Assembly (NCBI GenBank): GCA_048013815.1
Contig: CM106585.1
Span: forward strand, 24,157,963-24,221,962
Direction of reading: 5' to 3'
Length of the DNA stretch: 64,000 nt
Origin: Setoptus koraiensis
Lineage: Eukaryota; Animalia; Arthropoda
Part shown: piece by piece, positions 37,401 to 52,078 of the stretch
Position numbering within the stretch: position 1 is the stretch's first letter
How the letters are laid out: every line of letters begins with the position of its first letter
The notes under the pieces: model-generated
Told to the model about the DNA's origin: nothing
The model's database searches: none
The model's input: the letters and a program-made list of their open reading frames with translations, nothing else
Translations under genes and position numbers: made by a program

Positions 37401-38529
37401 GAGCTCGTTTACAAGCGATAATTGGATCACCTACAGCCAAGAGACACGACAACAAATGGCAAGCTAGCAAACTAACTGTCTGGCTGGCTCACTTGGGATC
37501 ACCTTGATCGAGGCGAGCGTAGATGTTGCTGTTGTTGGTCGCTTATTGGCAACTGTCCCTTGTTAGTGTTCATTGTTGTTGTTGTTGTTGCTGTCGTTGT
37601 TGAATTTGAACTCTCAATTTATATAAAACGATGATAATAATAATTTTAAATGTTGCCTCTGTTGTTGCCTCACCACAATAGAGCGTGTCAATAGTGGACA
37701 TTGAATTAATAGTAAATTAATGTGCAATGCACAAACATTGCAAAGGCACACACGAAATAACAATGAGGCCAAAATGTTGCACAAGCAACAAAATGCGCGT
37801 AGATCTAATTTTAACTGTAAACGGTATCAAACTGTTAAAAGCGGCTAATTTTAATCAATTAGCCGTCTGTTTGGCCATCGAAATGATCACGGAGATTATA
37901 GCTAGTCAATGAGAGTTGAGTTGAGTTATATTTTGGCTGCTCCCAATTTCAATTATTGCTATTTTCGCATAAGCTCATCTAATTTCATCTTGTCTCATCT
38001 TGTCTCATCTTATCTCATGTGATTTGAATTGATTTCATGTCAGCGCCAGTTTTGTTGCTCGTCTTATTGCATCTCATCTCTTTGGCTGTTATCTTATCGC
38101 AATAAGCTCATCACGACCGAACTGCATAAAGTCTCTCATATATAGCTCGTCTCATGTAACTAACCAGCTTGGCCTGTTTGGACGGATGGCATGGCTAGTC
38201 GGCTAATGACGTCAATTGTCGGCGCTTGTTGTTGTTGTTATTGCGGCTAATGTCAGACCTCCAGTGAGCTCGACAACAAGGTATCAACAAGGTTTCAATT
38301 TAGTTACACTCAGACAGACAGTTTAGAGAGAGTCTGGCTAGGGAAGAAGCGCTGTTAAGACGCTAATGATTAATGAGAATCCAGCCGCCATTATTATATT
38401 GTTATAAGTTGCACACAGACATTATGTATTTGTTGCTAATATAACACATTGTATTAATACTTGTATCATGTGTGCTGTCGGTGTTGCTGTCGGTGTTGCT
38501 GTTGCTCTTGTTGCTGTTGAGCCACCGGC

Positions 38530-38530
<1 letters not shown>

Positions 38531-38613
<83 letters not shown>
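38531..38613. repeat. (AC)n microsatellite, about 41 units
   Basis: Perfect dinucleotide run. Confidence 0.97.
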
Positions 38614-38614
<1 letters not shown>

Positions 38615-38998
38615 GTCAACCATTGATTGGCCACCAACAGCACTAGCTTGCCAACATTAGCTTGCCGACACTAACACTGGCTTGCCAATACTGACACTAG
38701 CCTGCCAATTGGGTCTAGCGGGCCATGTGGATGGGAAAGAGATTGTGGATAGGAAAAAATTATAAGCAACAATTATAAGCAGTTACAGCGAGTTGCACGT
38801 TTTATCATTCTCATACTTATTATATGTGCTCTTATCGCAACAGCATGCATATTTTCTTCGGCTATTATCCTTTTGAATAATTAGAGGGCGACTATTTCTG
38901 GTCTACAACTGCCAGACGACCCAACAAGCCGACTAGCCAGCTAGCCCACTAGCCGACTGCCGCTCGTTGGTATTGCACTCTTTTTCCGCACACTTGTT

Positions 38999-39066
38999 GC
39001 CGTCGCCGTCGCCGTCGCCGTCGCCGTAGCCGTCGCCGTCGCTGTTGTTGTTGTTGTTGTTGTTGT
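38999..39066. repeat. Compound (GCCGTC)7 + (TGT)n simple repeat
   Basis: Seen directly, with one GCCGTA variant. Confidence 0.9.
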
Positions 39067-42000
39067 TCGCTCATTTAGCCATACAATCGAATAATTAATA
39101 TTATCATATCTTTCTGCACTAGCCGAGCACAACAGAGCATCGTCGTCGACAAATGTTTGTCTCCTTTTCAACACAACGCAACTCAACAAAACGCAACACA
39201 ATCATGTCACTATCATTTATAGATAAAAACAATGAATGAACAACAACACTTCACCTGCCTCACGACACAATGCTGCTGCCTAATGCTGCCTTGTGAGTCG
39301 CTTGTGAGTCGCTTGAAGTCGCGAGAAAAGTCCGGCTTCTTTAGCTGTGCTACAAGGTATTGCTAGCCAGTAGTTAGTCAGTTACAATTATGCCATTATG
39401 CACAATGTTTAATTAATAGCAGATGCTTTCGCAATCCATTTCCTGCTTCTTCGCTAGCCTTGCTGCTGTTGATTGCAGCGACACCGGCAACAAGCTGTTG
39501 TTGCACTCTCATTCGAGCTATCTCCTCCTGAAGTGTCTTGCCAGCAACCAACTGCGACAGCACGAGTCGATTATAATTAAACGCAACATAGTTGTTGCAC
39601 GTACCATTCAACTGACAATATTAAAAGAGAGGCCTCTCTTGTTGCAACTCAATCCACACAAAATCACACTAATCACATTGTGTCACAGTGAGAGAGCGGG
39701 CAGGTGGATACGATCGAAAAATCTCTCACAAGTGGCTCACACTTACACGCCATCACCAACCACAGATATCGCGTTCTGTTGCTCGAGTGCTTAAAGGTTT
39801 TGCCAAAGGTGTGCTGCTGATACCGAGCGCACGTCTCATGGGGCCACAACAGCCATTCCGTGTCTAGATCATCGATATATTAAATGTATTATCTATCGGT
39901 ATTGATTTGCTAATCAATTCATGTCGCTCAGCCACATTCACAGGCCACCAAAACCAATTGGCCACAACAGATCAATCGACATTCAACCAAAACATGACTT
40001 ACTCCTAATTTATACTCTTCTCTATTTTGGGTGTTTGTTTAACTTTTTTCTTTACGTTCTCTGTGGGCATTCTGTCAATTTAAATTCAATAATCACTTGA
40101 GGTGAAAGCAGTTGTTTTAGCTTTAACTTTGACTTTATCGTTGAGCCACTTAAAAATGTGCGACAAGCAGCAATTTCAAAACGCAACGGGGCTGCACTTC
40201 ATTGAACAACACACTGAATTATGTTGCAAGCTGTAGCTAGCTGTAATTGATTGCCGACAGCACATCAACTCAACTAATTAAAAACTACAAACTTATTGAA
40301 TGAAACAGGTGAGAATGATTCAATTGATTTGCAATCATCCATATTCATTAGACACGATCTATTCTATCATTGGATCGCTATCTATTGTTCGGGCACTCGC
40401 CACACGACACACGCCAGCTGACAGATGACAGTTGAGTGAGCGTGCCGAGATCAGAGGTCTGGTGGTCGCAGCAACCAATTTAAATCATGATTAGTAATTA
40501 ACAAGAAAGCTCATTGGACAGCAAGAGCAGCTTGCACCAGTTGATGGGTTAATCCATCATCAATTGCCACAGAACGCTACTGACAAGCCATTTGTAACGA
40601 TTTGCGACCACTGTTTAACCACTGATCAGTTTACTATAGCATTTGCGAAATGTTTCCACAAATGCAAGCCAATCGCTCGATGATGATACTTTAATTGTCA
40701 TTCGAGTTGCTATATATTCAATTAGCGGAGCATCCTGTCGATTTTTATATTTTGCGTTTATGTACCGGTATATATTTATTTTGTTTTTCCGACTCAAAGT
40801 AGAAATACAAATAGAGCACTAATGAAGAGAGTATGATATGCAAATTGTTTACGCTGCAATTAATAATTTATTTTTGATTTATAATTGATATCGATAATTG
40901 ATATTGGATGACTGCGAGACACTTTCTTTTACGTTAATTGCTTATGCAGGGCTATATCAATTACCAACAGCAACAACAACTGTATCCACGCAGAGGAAAA
41001 GAAGGAAAAGCTGACAGGAAAAAGTTTTTTCTTCCTTGCTATATTGTTATTATTTCGCGCACTAATGCATACAATTTTTAGTTTTGCCGAGTCAGTTTGG
41101 CAGCGATCAGCGTAATGTGCGATATTGTTGCACTAAATATAGATACCGTTCGAAGCCATAATTTGCTAAAATTGCATTATGTAATAAAAGATGCACACAG
41201 TGTGTTACGAGTGTAGTGAAGTGTTGTGAAGTGTTGTGAAGGAAGAAAGCATTTGCCATATCGTGCCCATTGTTAAAAAACGAGTCGAGCCGAGACGCAA
41301 TCACAAAAACAATTTGTGCATCCGCGTACAATCTCGATAGATGACTAATTATTGATTATTATACCCATGTTCGCCATATGTATTTGCATGGCCCAGTGTG
41401 AGTGTGTGCCAGACAGTTATACAATTATCGCCATCATTTGAGAGAATTGCAAATAATTGATAAGAAATGATGCATTGAGAGGCGAGCTTGTTTTCATTTT
41501 GTTACGTTCTCAAATTTGCTAGAGTTACGCAAATCAATTAAATCATAAACGTCACGGTATACCACACATAATAATAGATAGACTCACTTGAGAGTCTTAA
41601 TATTGAAATATTAATTTTTGCTGTGCTCAGTACAATAGAGTAATAGAGAATAATAACAATTGTGCCATTAACTATGGGAGAGAGAGTTTATTTGCATGCA
41701 AGTCCTCAATAGATGCATGGACACAGATCGGCGATATTATCATTGGTGCTACGGAATAAAACAAAAGATCTGCTTGTTGCATTATGTGAAAAGTATAGTT
41801 GATACTTTATACTTATGAGCGCAAGTCACCTGATTGCTGTGCGATGGGCAAGCCACTGAGATACTGTGGCCGGTCAGTTTGAGCCAGACCGGACATCCAA
41901 CAGAGACGCAGAGAGCGCGTAATTGGTCGGCATAGTGACACACAATGGCAAAATGATGGAAAGACAGTTAATCGATCATCATCTAGCTATCACTTAACAG

Positions 42001-45000
42001 CACACCACATTAAATTGTTGCAAAGTGCAGTCACTTGAAAATAACAAAACCAAAAGTACGAATAAAGCGACGGAAAACAAAAAGGATGTAATAATAAATT
42101 ATTGCAACTGATGCAACAACAAAACCAAGTCACGTTTGTCTATCTCAGAATCACTTTTAAACTTGGCGTGCTCTAACTTTATCCCTTTGCAACAGACAGA
42201 AAGAGAGATTACGCAACCATGGTGCACACTATAAACAAAGTCAAAAGTATCTGTGTCTGTTAATAAATCATATTATGTAACTATGAATTGACTCGGTTTT
42301 ATTTCGTGAAATCGTCGTGCCGATAGAGCGACTCTCTCTGCTTCTCTCACTTCATTTGTTTCATACTTGTACAAGTATGAATATAAGTATGAGTATAAGT
42401 ATGAGCAGTACATTGATGATTGAACAGACACTTGACCAATTTGTAATTGGTCATCCGTGTTGGCCGGAGGCTCTCATCACACACAATATTATTGTTATTA
42501 TATTGTTGCTGGTGACCAAAAGGCAAAAATAGACACTCACTCTTACATTGTATCTATCAGTGAATAACAACTGATTAGTAATTGGTTAATTCAATTGGGC
42601 CAATCAAATGAGTGGCAGCCCGTTAGTGGTTGATCATTGTTTATAGCTTGTTGATTGTAGTAACGTAATCATTGGCGATTCAATAGCGACACACAGTGAG
42701 CGCAATGGATGCATCATGGAAAAAATTCAATTTGATGTAATTTGAAGACAATTAAAAGACCAACGGTGTGGCCGACAAACGTTGAATTACATGCAGTCAG
42801 ACAGCACAAGTGTCAATAGCCATTGTCTCGTCTCATTTTGGGTTGTTGTATTATCTAACTCCATCATCATCAACATATTTTATTATTATTGATTGCGAGC
42901 TGCCTGTCTCATAGAAAACAAAACAAAGCTAAACAAAACAACGAATGAAACATTTGACAATCTTTGAGTGAGTCAAATTGTATGTAACTAGCAGTAATTC
43001 TAAGCAGCTATTGACAGTGTGTCAATGAAAGTTGATGTTTGTTGATCAGAGGTGCTTATGGTTGGCAACAATGATGTTCAACAGAAACAAGCTGACCACT
43101 GACAGATGGAGCTCCTGCTGATAACGGTGTTGCGTATGCGGTCAACCGGAAGCAGTTAATATAACCACATGGTCAAACGGACTAGTGGCCAAAGTGTGGT
43201 GAGGTGGACAGTGTGCAACTATCAACCATCGACCATCAACTATCAACTATTAACCATACACTGGCGACCGGTAACCAGCAACCGGCAACTATCAAGACAC
43301 CGCAAGAGCGTGATCCAATGGCCAGACAAACGCGAATTGAGATAACTCATTAGGCAGAGAAGAAAAAGAGAGATTGACGCACTGATTGAAGGCCTACTCA
43401 TTAATCAATTAACCTGTCGGCGTTCTCTCCTAGTTCATTACCTTCCATGACGTATCACCCCTTTATTTTATTTCATTTTATTTTATTTCGTTTTGGTGCA
43501 ATTGTAAGCGTGTAACTATTCTATTATTCACTCCTTGCTTCACACTTATTCGCAGCAGCAGCAACAACAACAACAACAACAACAAGCTAAACTCGTCAGT
43601 AACAACAGCCAACAAAGACACAAGATGAGAACAATTGTCACACGCAGATAGTCACGCGATCTGACCACTATCTGTCTACTGTCTTCTCCACTGTCTACGT
43701 AATATGCCGATATGAGCTGAGTCCATTGGTAACTTATTGTGTGCCAGTAACGAGATACTGACAAACAAAGGTTGCGTTACCCGCCTGGCTGGCTATTCAT
43801 TCATTGATATTCTTTGATGAATATCATCATCAATGAACGACCAAGCGAGCTATTGAAAGGCGCCTTTTTGTGTGTATGATTTGTTTGCAATCGCAAATAA
43901 TGCTAACATTTGCCACAATGTGAATGCCAACTTGGCCACAATCAGCACTATCAACAGCAGCATGCCAACCAATTCGATGATAATATGAGATGCGATGCGA
44001 CGCGAAGCGCCGCGATTCCATAAAATGTCAAGATCACCAAGATTTTGTACCGGCAACATTTTTGGTTGAGTTGATCGGGGACGCAATAAAGAATTCATTT
44101 CTAATCTCATTGCCGGCCTGTGCATGAATGACCAGCAACGAGATCAGCTAACTTTAGTAGTTAGATGGCACCTTAGTAAAGTGTGCGAAGTAACCACTAA
44201 AGTTACTACAAAAGTGTATAAAATGAATTCAGTTGATAGTTCATGTCGGAAGCAATAATTGTTTACAACTATTCGTGATGAAGAATCCTTCTTTTTCCGC
44301 TTCACTATGACCAGTCAGGTATGATCACAAGGTGTATCAATGAGACCACTTCGGACATAGAAATGAATGATTTTACACTCTCGCTCTCACTGAACAACTC
44401 AATTTGTTGGCGGCGGAGGTGGACGCGTTGATTGGCTTGAAACAACAACAGCGGCAACAACAGCGGCAACAACAGCACTAACAACAAAAAAAAACAACGA
44501 AAACAACAACAACAACAACAACAGTGAATGTATTTGGATGCCCTCCATTTTTGTGTATGTGTCTCGTGAAGCTGTTTCATCATTCACGCACGGATTTTGA
44601 TCGCTCTTGTTTTGGCGATTGCTTCTCTTGTTTTGCTTCAAATGCTTGCTGTTTGATAGCAAGTCTCGCGCATTCAATGATACAAAGTAGGTTGAGTGAT
44701 CTCATCTAATTAGTCTACATTGCTGACTAACTTGCTCTCTAGCCATGCTACGCAGACGAGAGTACACAAACGACGAAATTATTATTTTGCTTCAATTGGA
44801 AATTCTCTGCAGCTAATTGGAGCGGACATTATTTTTAACAGCCAACATGGCTGATTGAAACAAACAACAATCAAGCAAGCAGATTGATATTAGTGACAGG
44901 GAACACACACACAAATAAATATTTGTGATGAATATTCCAATTTGCACACAATCAATCAATGCTGCTACTGTTTCCAGACAAATGCTCGCCAATACATGCA

Positions 45001-45366
45001 AGCAATCAGTGCAGTATTAATGTAGCAACAAATATTATAATAATATGTTGTACATTCTCGACAACAGTAAGTTGAGCTAATTAGCTAATTAGCACCACTG
45101 ACACCTGTGTTCGTACCAATATGCAAAGGTCGAATGCATAGTTATGTTTAGTTGTTTATGTGTTGTCATGATGTATCACTGAATGAATCTAATCACACTT
45201 TGTTATAGTGAGCTGTGTTTTTGTTTTAGCTTACTACATTTATTTGGCCATCGTAAGGACGCTGCATTACACACTGATCCAGTTTTAGTAGCTGCACAAA
45301 AGTGGCCGCATGGAAATAAATCAAAATTAAACAAAAGTCCTCTCGTTTGTTTGGTCAATTTGCTCG

Positions 45367-45430
45367 CTCTGTATTACAGACTGTGTATTACAGTCCGTGT
45401 ATTACAGACTGTGTATTAGAGAGTGTGTAT
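45367..45430. repeat. 14-bp tandem repeat (CTGTGTATTACAGA), about 4 copies
   Basis: Seen directly, degenerating to the right. Confidence 0.85.
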
Positions 45431-48400
45431 GCCCATCAAACTGGAGCCGATTTGAATATACAAATCGCAAAAAGTGCGCAAAGTTAACAATTGACAGGAA
45501 TAGCTTCGAAAAAGCCAACGAGGCAGCTTGTTTTTCAAGTTGCAGCAAGATTGATAATAATTCGTTATTCTCATTTCTGTTGCCGCAATTCAAATATTAC
45601 AATATATTCCAATTGCAACAATGCAGCTCGTGACGCAGATACGCATGCCAAGTGCAACGTTATCCTCTATGCATACTCTCAACGAGGCTAAGACTCTTAT
45701 CTTGTGAGCCATGCAACAGCTTGCAACATGAAGCCAATTATCAATTGCAGCTCCGTATCTGTGGCTGCCACTGATTTCTTGGGTCTGGGCAGCTATTTCG
45801 GGTCGATGCAACCGCAAAGAATGACCCATTTATTATTTGATATTGTGCAATCAAATGCAGATCAAATGTTCGGACGTGATGGGGCTTAAGTAAGTGCAAA
45901 CATTAATGAGACAGCCAATAAAGCCAATAATAATAATTGTGCAACAAAGCGAACAATAATTCAATAACGGCAGCAAAAACATGGAATAGCGGCTTTAGAG
46001 GTCGTGACCTAGCGCTCGGCAATATCGATCGATTGCTTGCTCGCTTGTTGTTCTTTTTGGCTAGATCCGTCTGGCTGTATCTACTGGCTACTATCAGTAT
46101 GGTGAGTGTGGCCAAAATATTCAGTGAGCATCACAAGTCAGTTAAATGGTCTGTTGTGTTTGATTTGTTTTTGGGCCTCTATCAGCGACCAACTGCGTTA
46201 AATGGTGATTAACGGCAACAAGTTCCATTAATTTCATTTACAAATCACCATCCTACCATGGCCAATCAAATGAGATAACCAACAGATTATTTCTTTCTTT
46301 TATCTTGTTTTCGTTGGTTCGTTTTTCTCTTCTCAAACTAAACCATTTCTGTCTATTAATGATGCCAATGCATGCAAATGAGGTTCATTTTAGCTTACAG
46401 TGTGTTTAGTTTTAGTTTGATCACAGATTGTTCCTCTACAAATAACTAACAAATACTAACTGCACTCACTAATTCAACATGATCACTCACAATCGCGTGC
46501 TACCTATTTTTGGTGCTAGTTCGCTTATATCAGCGTAATAATACGTTGCTAATATTAATTTGATCGACAAGTATCACTGGAAGTTCATACTCGCTTTACA
46601 AGCAACTTTGATCTTGTCTATAAACCATGAGCATGTTAACATGGATTCACAGATACTAAGTGGCCAACAACAAGTGCGCCTAGTTAAAGTAGACGAGTAG
46701 CTGTTGAGAGGATAATTTGTACAAGTGCTGTAGTGATTTGATCTGCTTTGTTTTGAGTCAAGCAACAGGTAATTGTTGTGATCACGTTCACACTAATTCA
46801 ATTGTCTTGCAGCAATTGAAGACTTTCATTGCAATGACATTCATTCAAATGAGCGCCAACTTGTATGTTAGTAGCGTCGTCTATAAATACAATGGCAACA
46901 ACTTTAATTACAATTATAATTCTAATTATAAATATAATTACTGTTATTGTATTGATTCACGCGAGACCAGCTTTGCCCTTTTTTTGGGAAGGTTGCTCTG
47001 ATTTTGCTTGTCAAATCCTGTTGATATGCCAAGTGGATATTCTCTAGGTCATTGACTAACTCACTTGTTGGCTGTGTTGCGGTGCAAATTGTGTCAATGC
47101 CCAATCACACAACACATTCTCACTTCCGGTTCTAGCTCACTCACATCTTTACCGCTCAATGGAATTCAAAATGCCATCTACTGCAGTGCGTAGCATGGCC
47201 GAATCGTATATATGTAAAACTAGTGTTTGCGACTAAAAGTTATTTTACACATTATAACTATGGTTGGTGTTTTGTCAATATGGAAAGTTGCAGGCAAGAC
47301 AATAATGGAGATGCGCAATCGGTACAGATTGGCCCACGACAGAATCATGATGACACGTTTGGCATGATTTCGTCAGGGGTCATTCACATGTCGTTGTTAT
47401 ATCATGTTGCATGATATTTTGCAAAAGATTGATTGCGGTTTGACGAAGTGATGATTGATTGGAATACACTTTACATGCTTGCTCTGTATACATTTCAACA
47501 ATATTATTTATTGTAACAATTGTATTGGCATGAGAGGCATCAACATCAAACAACGACACCAAATCTTAATAATTTGACTTTCGACTGATGCAACGCTGTG
47601 ATGCTTGTTTTTTAGCCTAAGTTTGTTTCTATTCGGTGTATGTAAGTGTGGGTGCTGTTGATGTAATAGGTAATATACAGTTTGATTCAATTCACAATTG
47701 ATGCATGCCACTTACCTGTTGCTCTGAACCTCGCATGACTTGTTGTTGTTGATGCTGCTTGATGTTTATGTATTATTATGATTATGATGGCCACTTGATG
47801 TAATTGTCAGCGTGTCTATGTATGTGTTCAAATTATATAATACGGGTGCCAATAATCAATAGATGATGAGGACAATAAATATAACAATCTTGCATAGGAG
47901 TATTGGGCGAGTATTGGAATTCAGTAAGTTTTGTATTGTGTCATGTTTAAATGTTTGCTTTGTCTTCTTGATTACTGCTGCTCAATTTGTTTTAGTTCGT
48001 CTTTCACAATTGTGTTATGTAACACCAATGAATATTGCAAGTCTTTATATGTCTGATGATAATATTCGATATTATCATTGGGACCTGTTGATGTTGCTAT
48101 TGGCGCGCTACTAAACTGAGCTAACTTTATTCTGTTCTGTTCTATTCTTTTCTTTTCTGTTCGATTCAATTCTATCTCATTTTATTTTATTTTACTTTAT
48201 TTTATTTTATCAACTATAACTGTTAGTTGATATATCTCCACTGGGTGAGATGTAATTGTTGTTGCTGTTGCGCGATTGGTCTCAATGTCGACCGGAGGAC
48301 TCAACAACACAATTGTGTGTCTCAATGAGAGGCAACCGATAAAACTGTGGGCATCGCGTACATGTTAAGTAGCTACGACAAGGCGCGGCGACAAACGTAA

Positions 48401-50723
48401 CAGGTAACAGGCAACAAACATCAAGACCAGCGCACAAAGATGATCTCTTACGTAAGAAGCGAGAGTTGAGTTTTTGGGCTCAACTTTCACTGCACTTTTA
48501 CTGCAGCCAGTTGCTTACTTCAGCCACTTGCGCCAAGCTAACTGTAAATTGCTAGCAAGGCAATCGTCGTGGTCAGTTAATTTAACTGTCTGATTTCTGT
48601 TGGCTCCGCCTTGTGCCGTTAAATGTAGCTTAGATATAAGTTAAACTGGCGCCAACTCTTCTGCTCTTGCTGTGTCACAACTGTGACTGAACCAATGATG
48701 GACCAACACAAATCAGCTGACGCAAATCGCTGATGGACACTAGCTACTTGATAGATACGTGTACGCTGAAAAAAAGAAAGTATGAGCCTCACGATTATGG
48801 TGAAATAAACAATAAGCAAGTAACAATACTCACACAATAGCTGCAAGACCTCAAAGCACTTGTTAATGATCGGCCAGTGGTCAGAATTAGTCAATTAGTG
48901 GTATGGCTTGCATAAATATTGAATATCGGCTATTTGTGTTGTCTATTGCGTTCCAATGATAATAATTGGGATATTGGGTGTTGAGTTAGTCAACTTGAGT
49001 AGCACAGAATATTTTAAAATTGGTTAACAAAACAAAAAACAAAAAATATTCAATAATATTCAACTAGAGGCTTGTTTGTCTGCTATTGTGTGCATGTAAC
49101 CAATAAATATTATTATTTATTGGTTACATAATGCTAATTGAATGCACACATAACAGCAAGAGTGACTGATAAACATGTTAAATACATATTATTATTAGTG
49201 TGGTTTGATGGGCAAATTGCACATGGTCAAGTTGAGCCATGAGCATAATCATCTTGATCCTATTATCTCATAATCACTTAACTGTCTACATCTACTCTAT
49301 GTTCTGTCATCTGCACTCGTTCACTGGCCCAACACACAACAGCTGACTGATATTGCAAGAATTAAGTGAAGTTTTTTGCTTCCGTTGTCTTGTTGTTGTT
49401 TCATGGCTAATGAGCCCCGTAGAGCAAAACGGAGTGCAGTGTGCAGTGTCAGTAGAGTGAACAACAACAACAACAACAACAACAACAAATTGCAACTCAA
49501 CACGTCATCTTCATAACGGTCATTTGGGCACACACATAGAGGAGTGGCATCCGTCATTGTTTACGTAACAGTTGTTGTTGTCGGTAACAAGGTGACGACA
49601 ATGCCAATAATGTGTGTGTGAGACTTGATACAGCCATCATGTTGCATATTGCATATGATTATACACACACAACAACAACAACAACAACGATAAAGCATCA
49701 TGATACCATCGCACAAGATGCTAACACCATTAACTGCATCTTGTGCACACTTCCTATTACCTGCAGCTTAATATTATTGCTATTATTATTGTTATTGTTA
49801 CGCATTATATTGGCTATATAACAATTGTTTGTTGTGTTATATAGCCAATGTAATAAGCAACTAACCACATGCATATTAACACAGTCAATAGGTAAATGAG
49901 GCCAAGCATCGCGTGCATTTTTGTTGCCACCATTCATATTTATCATATTTACATGTGGCCGGCATCAATCATCATCAAGTAGCTTTGCAAGCGGGCCAAT
50001 AAAATCAGTTGGTCAGTTCGTGGTCAGTTGGGCTGGTTGCTTGCTGTACAACAGTGGACAGCAACAACAGTGCCTATAGAGAGAAAGTGAACACAACCAC
50101 TGACTCACAACTTGTGAGTGTACCTGTTGTTGCGCGAGCCCCAGTTAAGCACTAGTAGTTGGCTCACTGTAACTGCACTGTAACCGACTAGCCACAACAA
50201 GTGCAATCGAGCAATACAATTGAGGCGCGCCAAAAACAATCAAACCAATCAGCAACGACAGAGATGTTCATTGATGGTTGCACACTTATTTGCATACAAA
50301 TTAAAATTAAACACACGCACGCACGCGAATACAAGTTAGTTCAATGGACACATAAACAAGTAGGAAGTCATTTGTTTTGACACCTCTAAAGCATCATGCA
50401 AGCTCGCCAATGACAGATATACATTGCACATGTGCCAGGTGAACTGTCACAAACACATGATAACACCTGAGTTGCGTTGGGGCCGTCAGTTAGTTTGGGT
50501 TTGCACTGACTATTGCAGTTGTTTTGAGCGGGCACAAGATGCAACCACTAATGAACTATCAGACAGTGACAATGGCACACTGACAGTGATTGGTCAATAT
50601 TGCAATTCACTACTACCGATACTGTATTAGTGATAATGATTGTTGTCAATAAACACCATTCTCCAATTACTGCCCACAATGTCAGCTGAGCGTGTGCATA
50701 CAGCAGCGCATGTGTTTTAATTG

Positions 50724-50726
<3 letters not shown>

Positions 50727-50786
<60 letters not shown>
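50727..50786. repeat. (TG)n microsatellite, 30 units
   Basis: Perfect dinucleotide run. Confidence 0.97.
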
Positions 50787-50787
<1 letters not shown>

Positions 50788-51998
50788 TAATTTGCATAAT
50801 TTAAAGATTTATCTAAAGAGAGAATAAACTCACTGTCGGTGTCTGTCATGAATATGGTCATATAGTCAGCTTGTTAGTGGCGGCGATAATAATCTTTTTG
50901 TCTGGCTGTGCTTGGCTCGACTCGACTGGTCAGTTGACCAATTTGAATATCTGTGGTCTTATCTGTGTGTATTATTGAACCAAAAGCCCAGGTTAGTGTT
51001 TTGGTGAGTTGTGGCGCTGTTGTGGGTATTAACATTGGCACAACAACAACAGCAACAATCAGTTATATCCAACAGTAGTTATCAGCTGGACAGGATTAAA
51101 AGGATTAAGCGATAGGTGACCAAGAGAAGATGATGAATACATGAATGAGCAACTAAAAGTCACAATAAATGAGTTAAACCAAACTGACTTACTTACTTAC
51201 CAGTCAGTCACAGTTACGCGAGCCAATGTAAAACAACAACACAACAAATTAGCTTGTCCCTCCAGTGGTAATGACATTTTAATCCGTCAGTTTTATTAAA
51301 TTACATAATATAGACACAACATTTGTTTCTGGGCGCCACCACCAACCAAAACCAAACCAACCAACCAAACCAAGCAACCGACCAACAAGCAACCCACAGG
51401 CAACCAACAGGCAACCTGTGCATTTCCACCTGTGCAAGCCTATAATCTCAGCCGCTTTGCTGTCTAAATGAGTTAGATCATTGCCAGATTATCTAGCCAA
51501 CTTATTGGACATTAGCCTGTAATGATATTGTTGCTGCTTAGCGAGCTTCCACTGGCTGCCTCCAATGAACCAATGAATGAATGACCGCTCAATGATAGCT
51601 TGCAACGTGTTATAATAACTGTAACCGGACAGCGATGAACATTACTGTTGATGCTTCACTTATCAGCAACAACAGTGCCATATTGTCTGCTGAATATCTC
51701 CATTATTGCCTATTTTTGATAATGTTGTTATTTATTTTACAAATGGTTTTACAATTTGAATTATCGTTGTACGCTGGCGCCTGTTGCTCACACCGGCAAC
51801 AGTGACAACCTATGATATTCCGATGTCATTGCATGATAACTGGCAGACTCAACTGACCAATTGGCAATCGAGAACGAATTGCAATTTGTAAATCCAACTA
51901 GGCTTATTAGTTGGTGGTTGACCTATTGTGTTTGGTCATTCGAGCATCTTTCTTTTATTGTCTCCCATTATTGCTGCCGCTCACTAATGGTCTTGCCA

Positions 51999-52078
51999 GG
52001 CATGTCAATTGGCCTGTCAGTTGGCCTGTCGGTTGGCCTGTCGGTTGGCCTGTCAGTTGGCATGTCAGTTGGCATGTT
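51999..52078. repeat. 12-bp minisatellite (TTGGCCTGTCAG), about 6.5 copies
   Basis: Seen directly; gives the VGLS/PTDR shadow ORFs. Confidence 0.9.

Noticed and set aside
38402-38660. ORFs with CVCVCV/THTHTH runs
   Set aside because: Translations of the (AC)n microsatellite.
39396-39611. LQEEIARMR, faintly like CRF/DH44 neuropeptides
   Set aside because: Lacks the PSLSI motif and the G-K/R amidation site.
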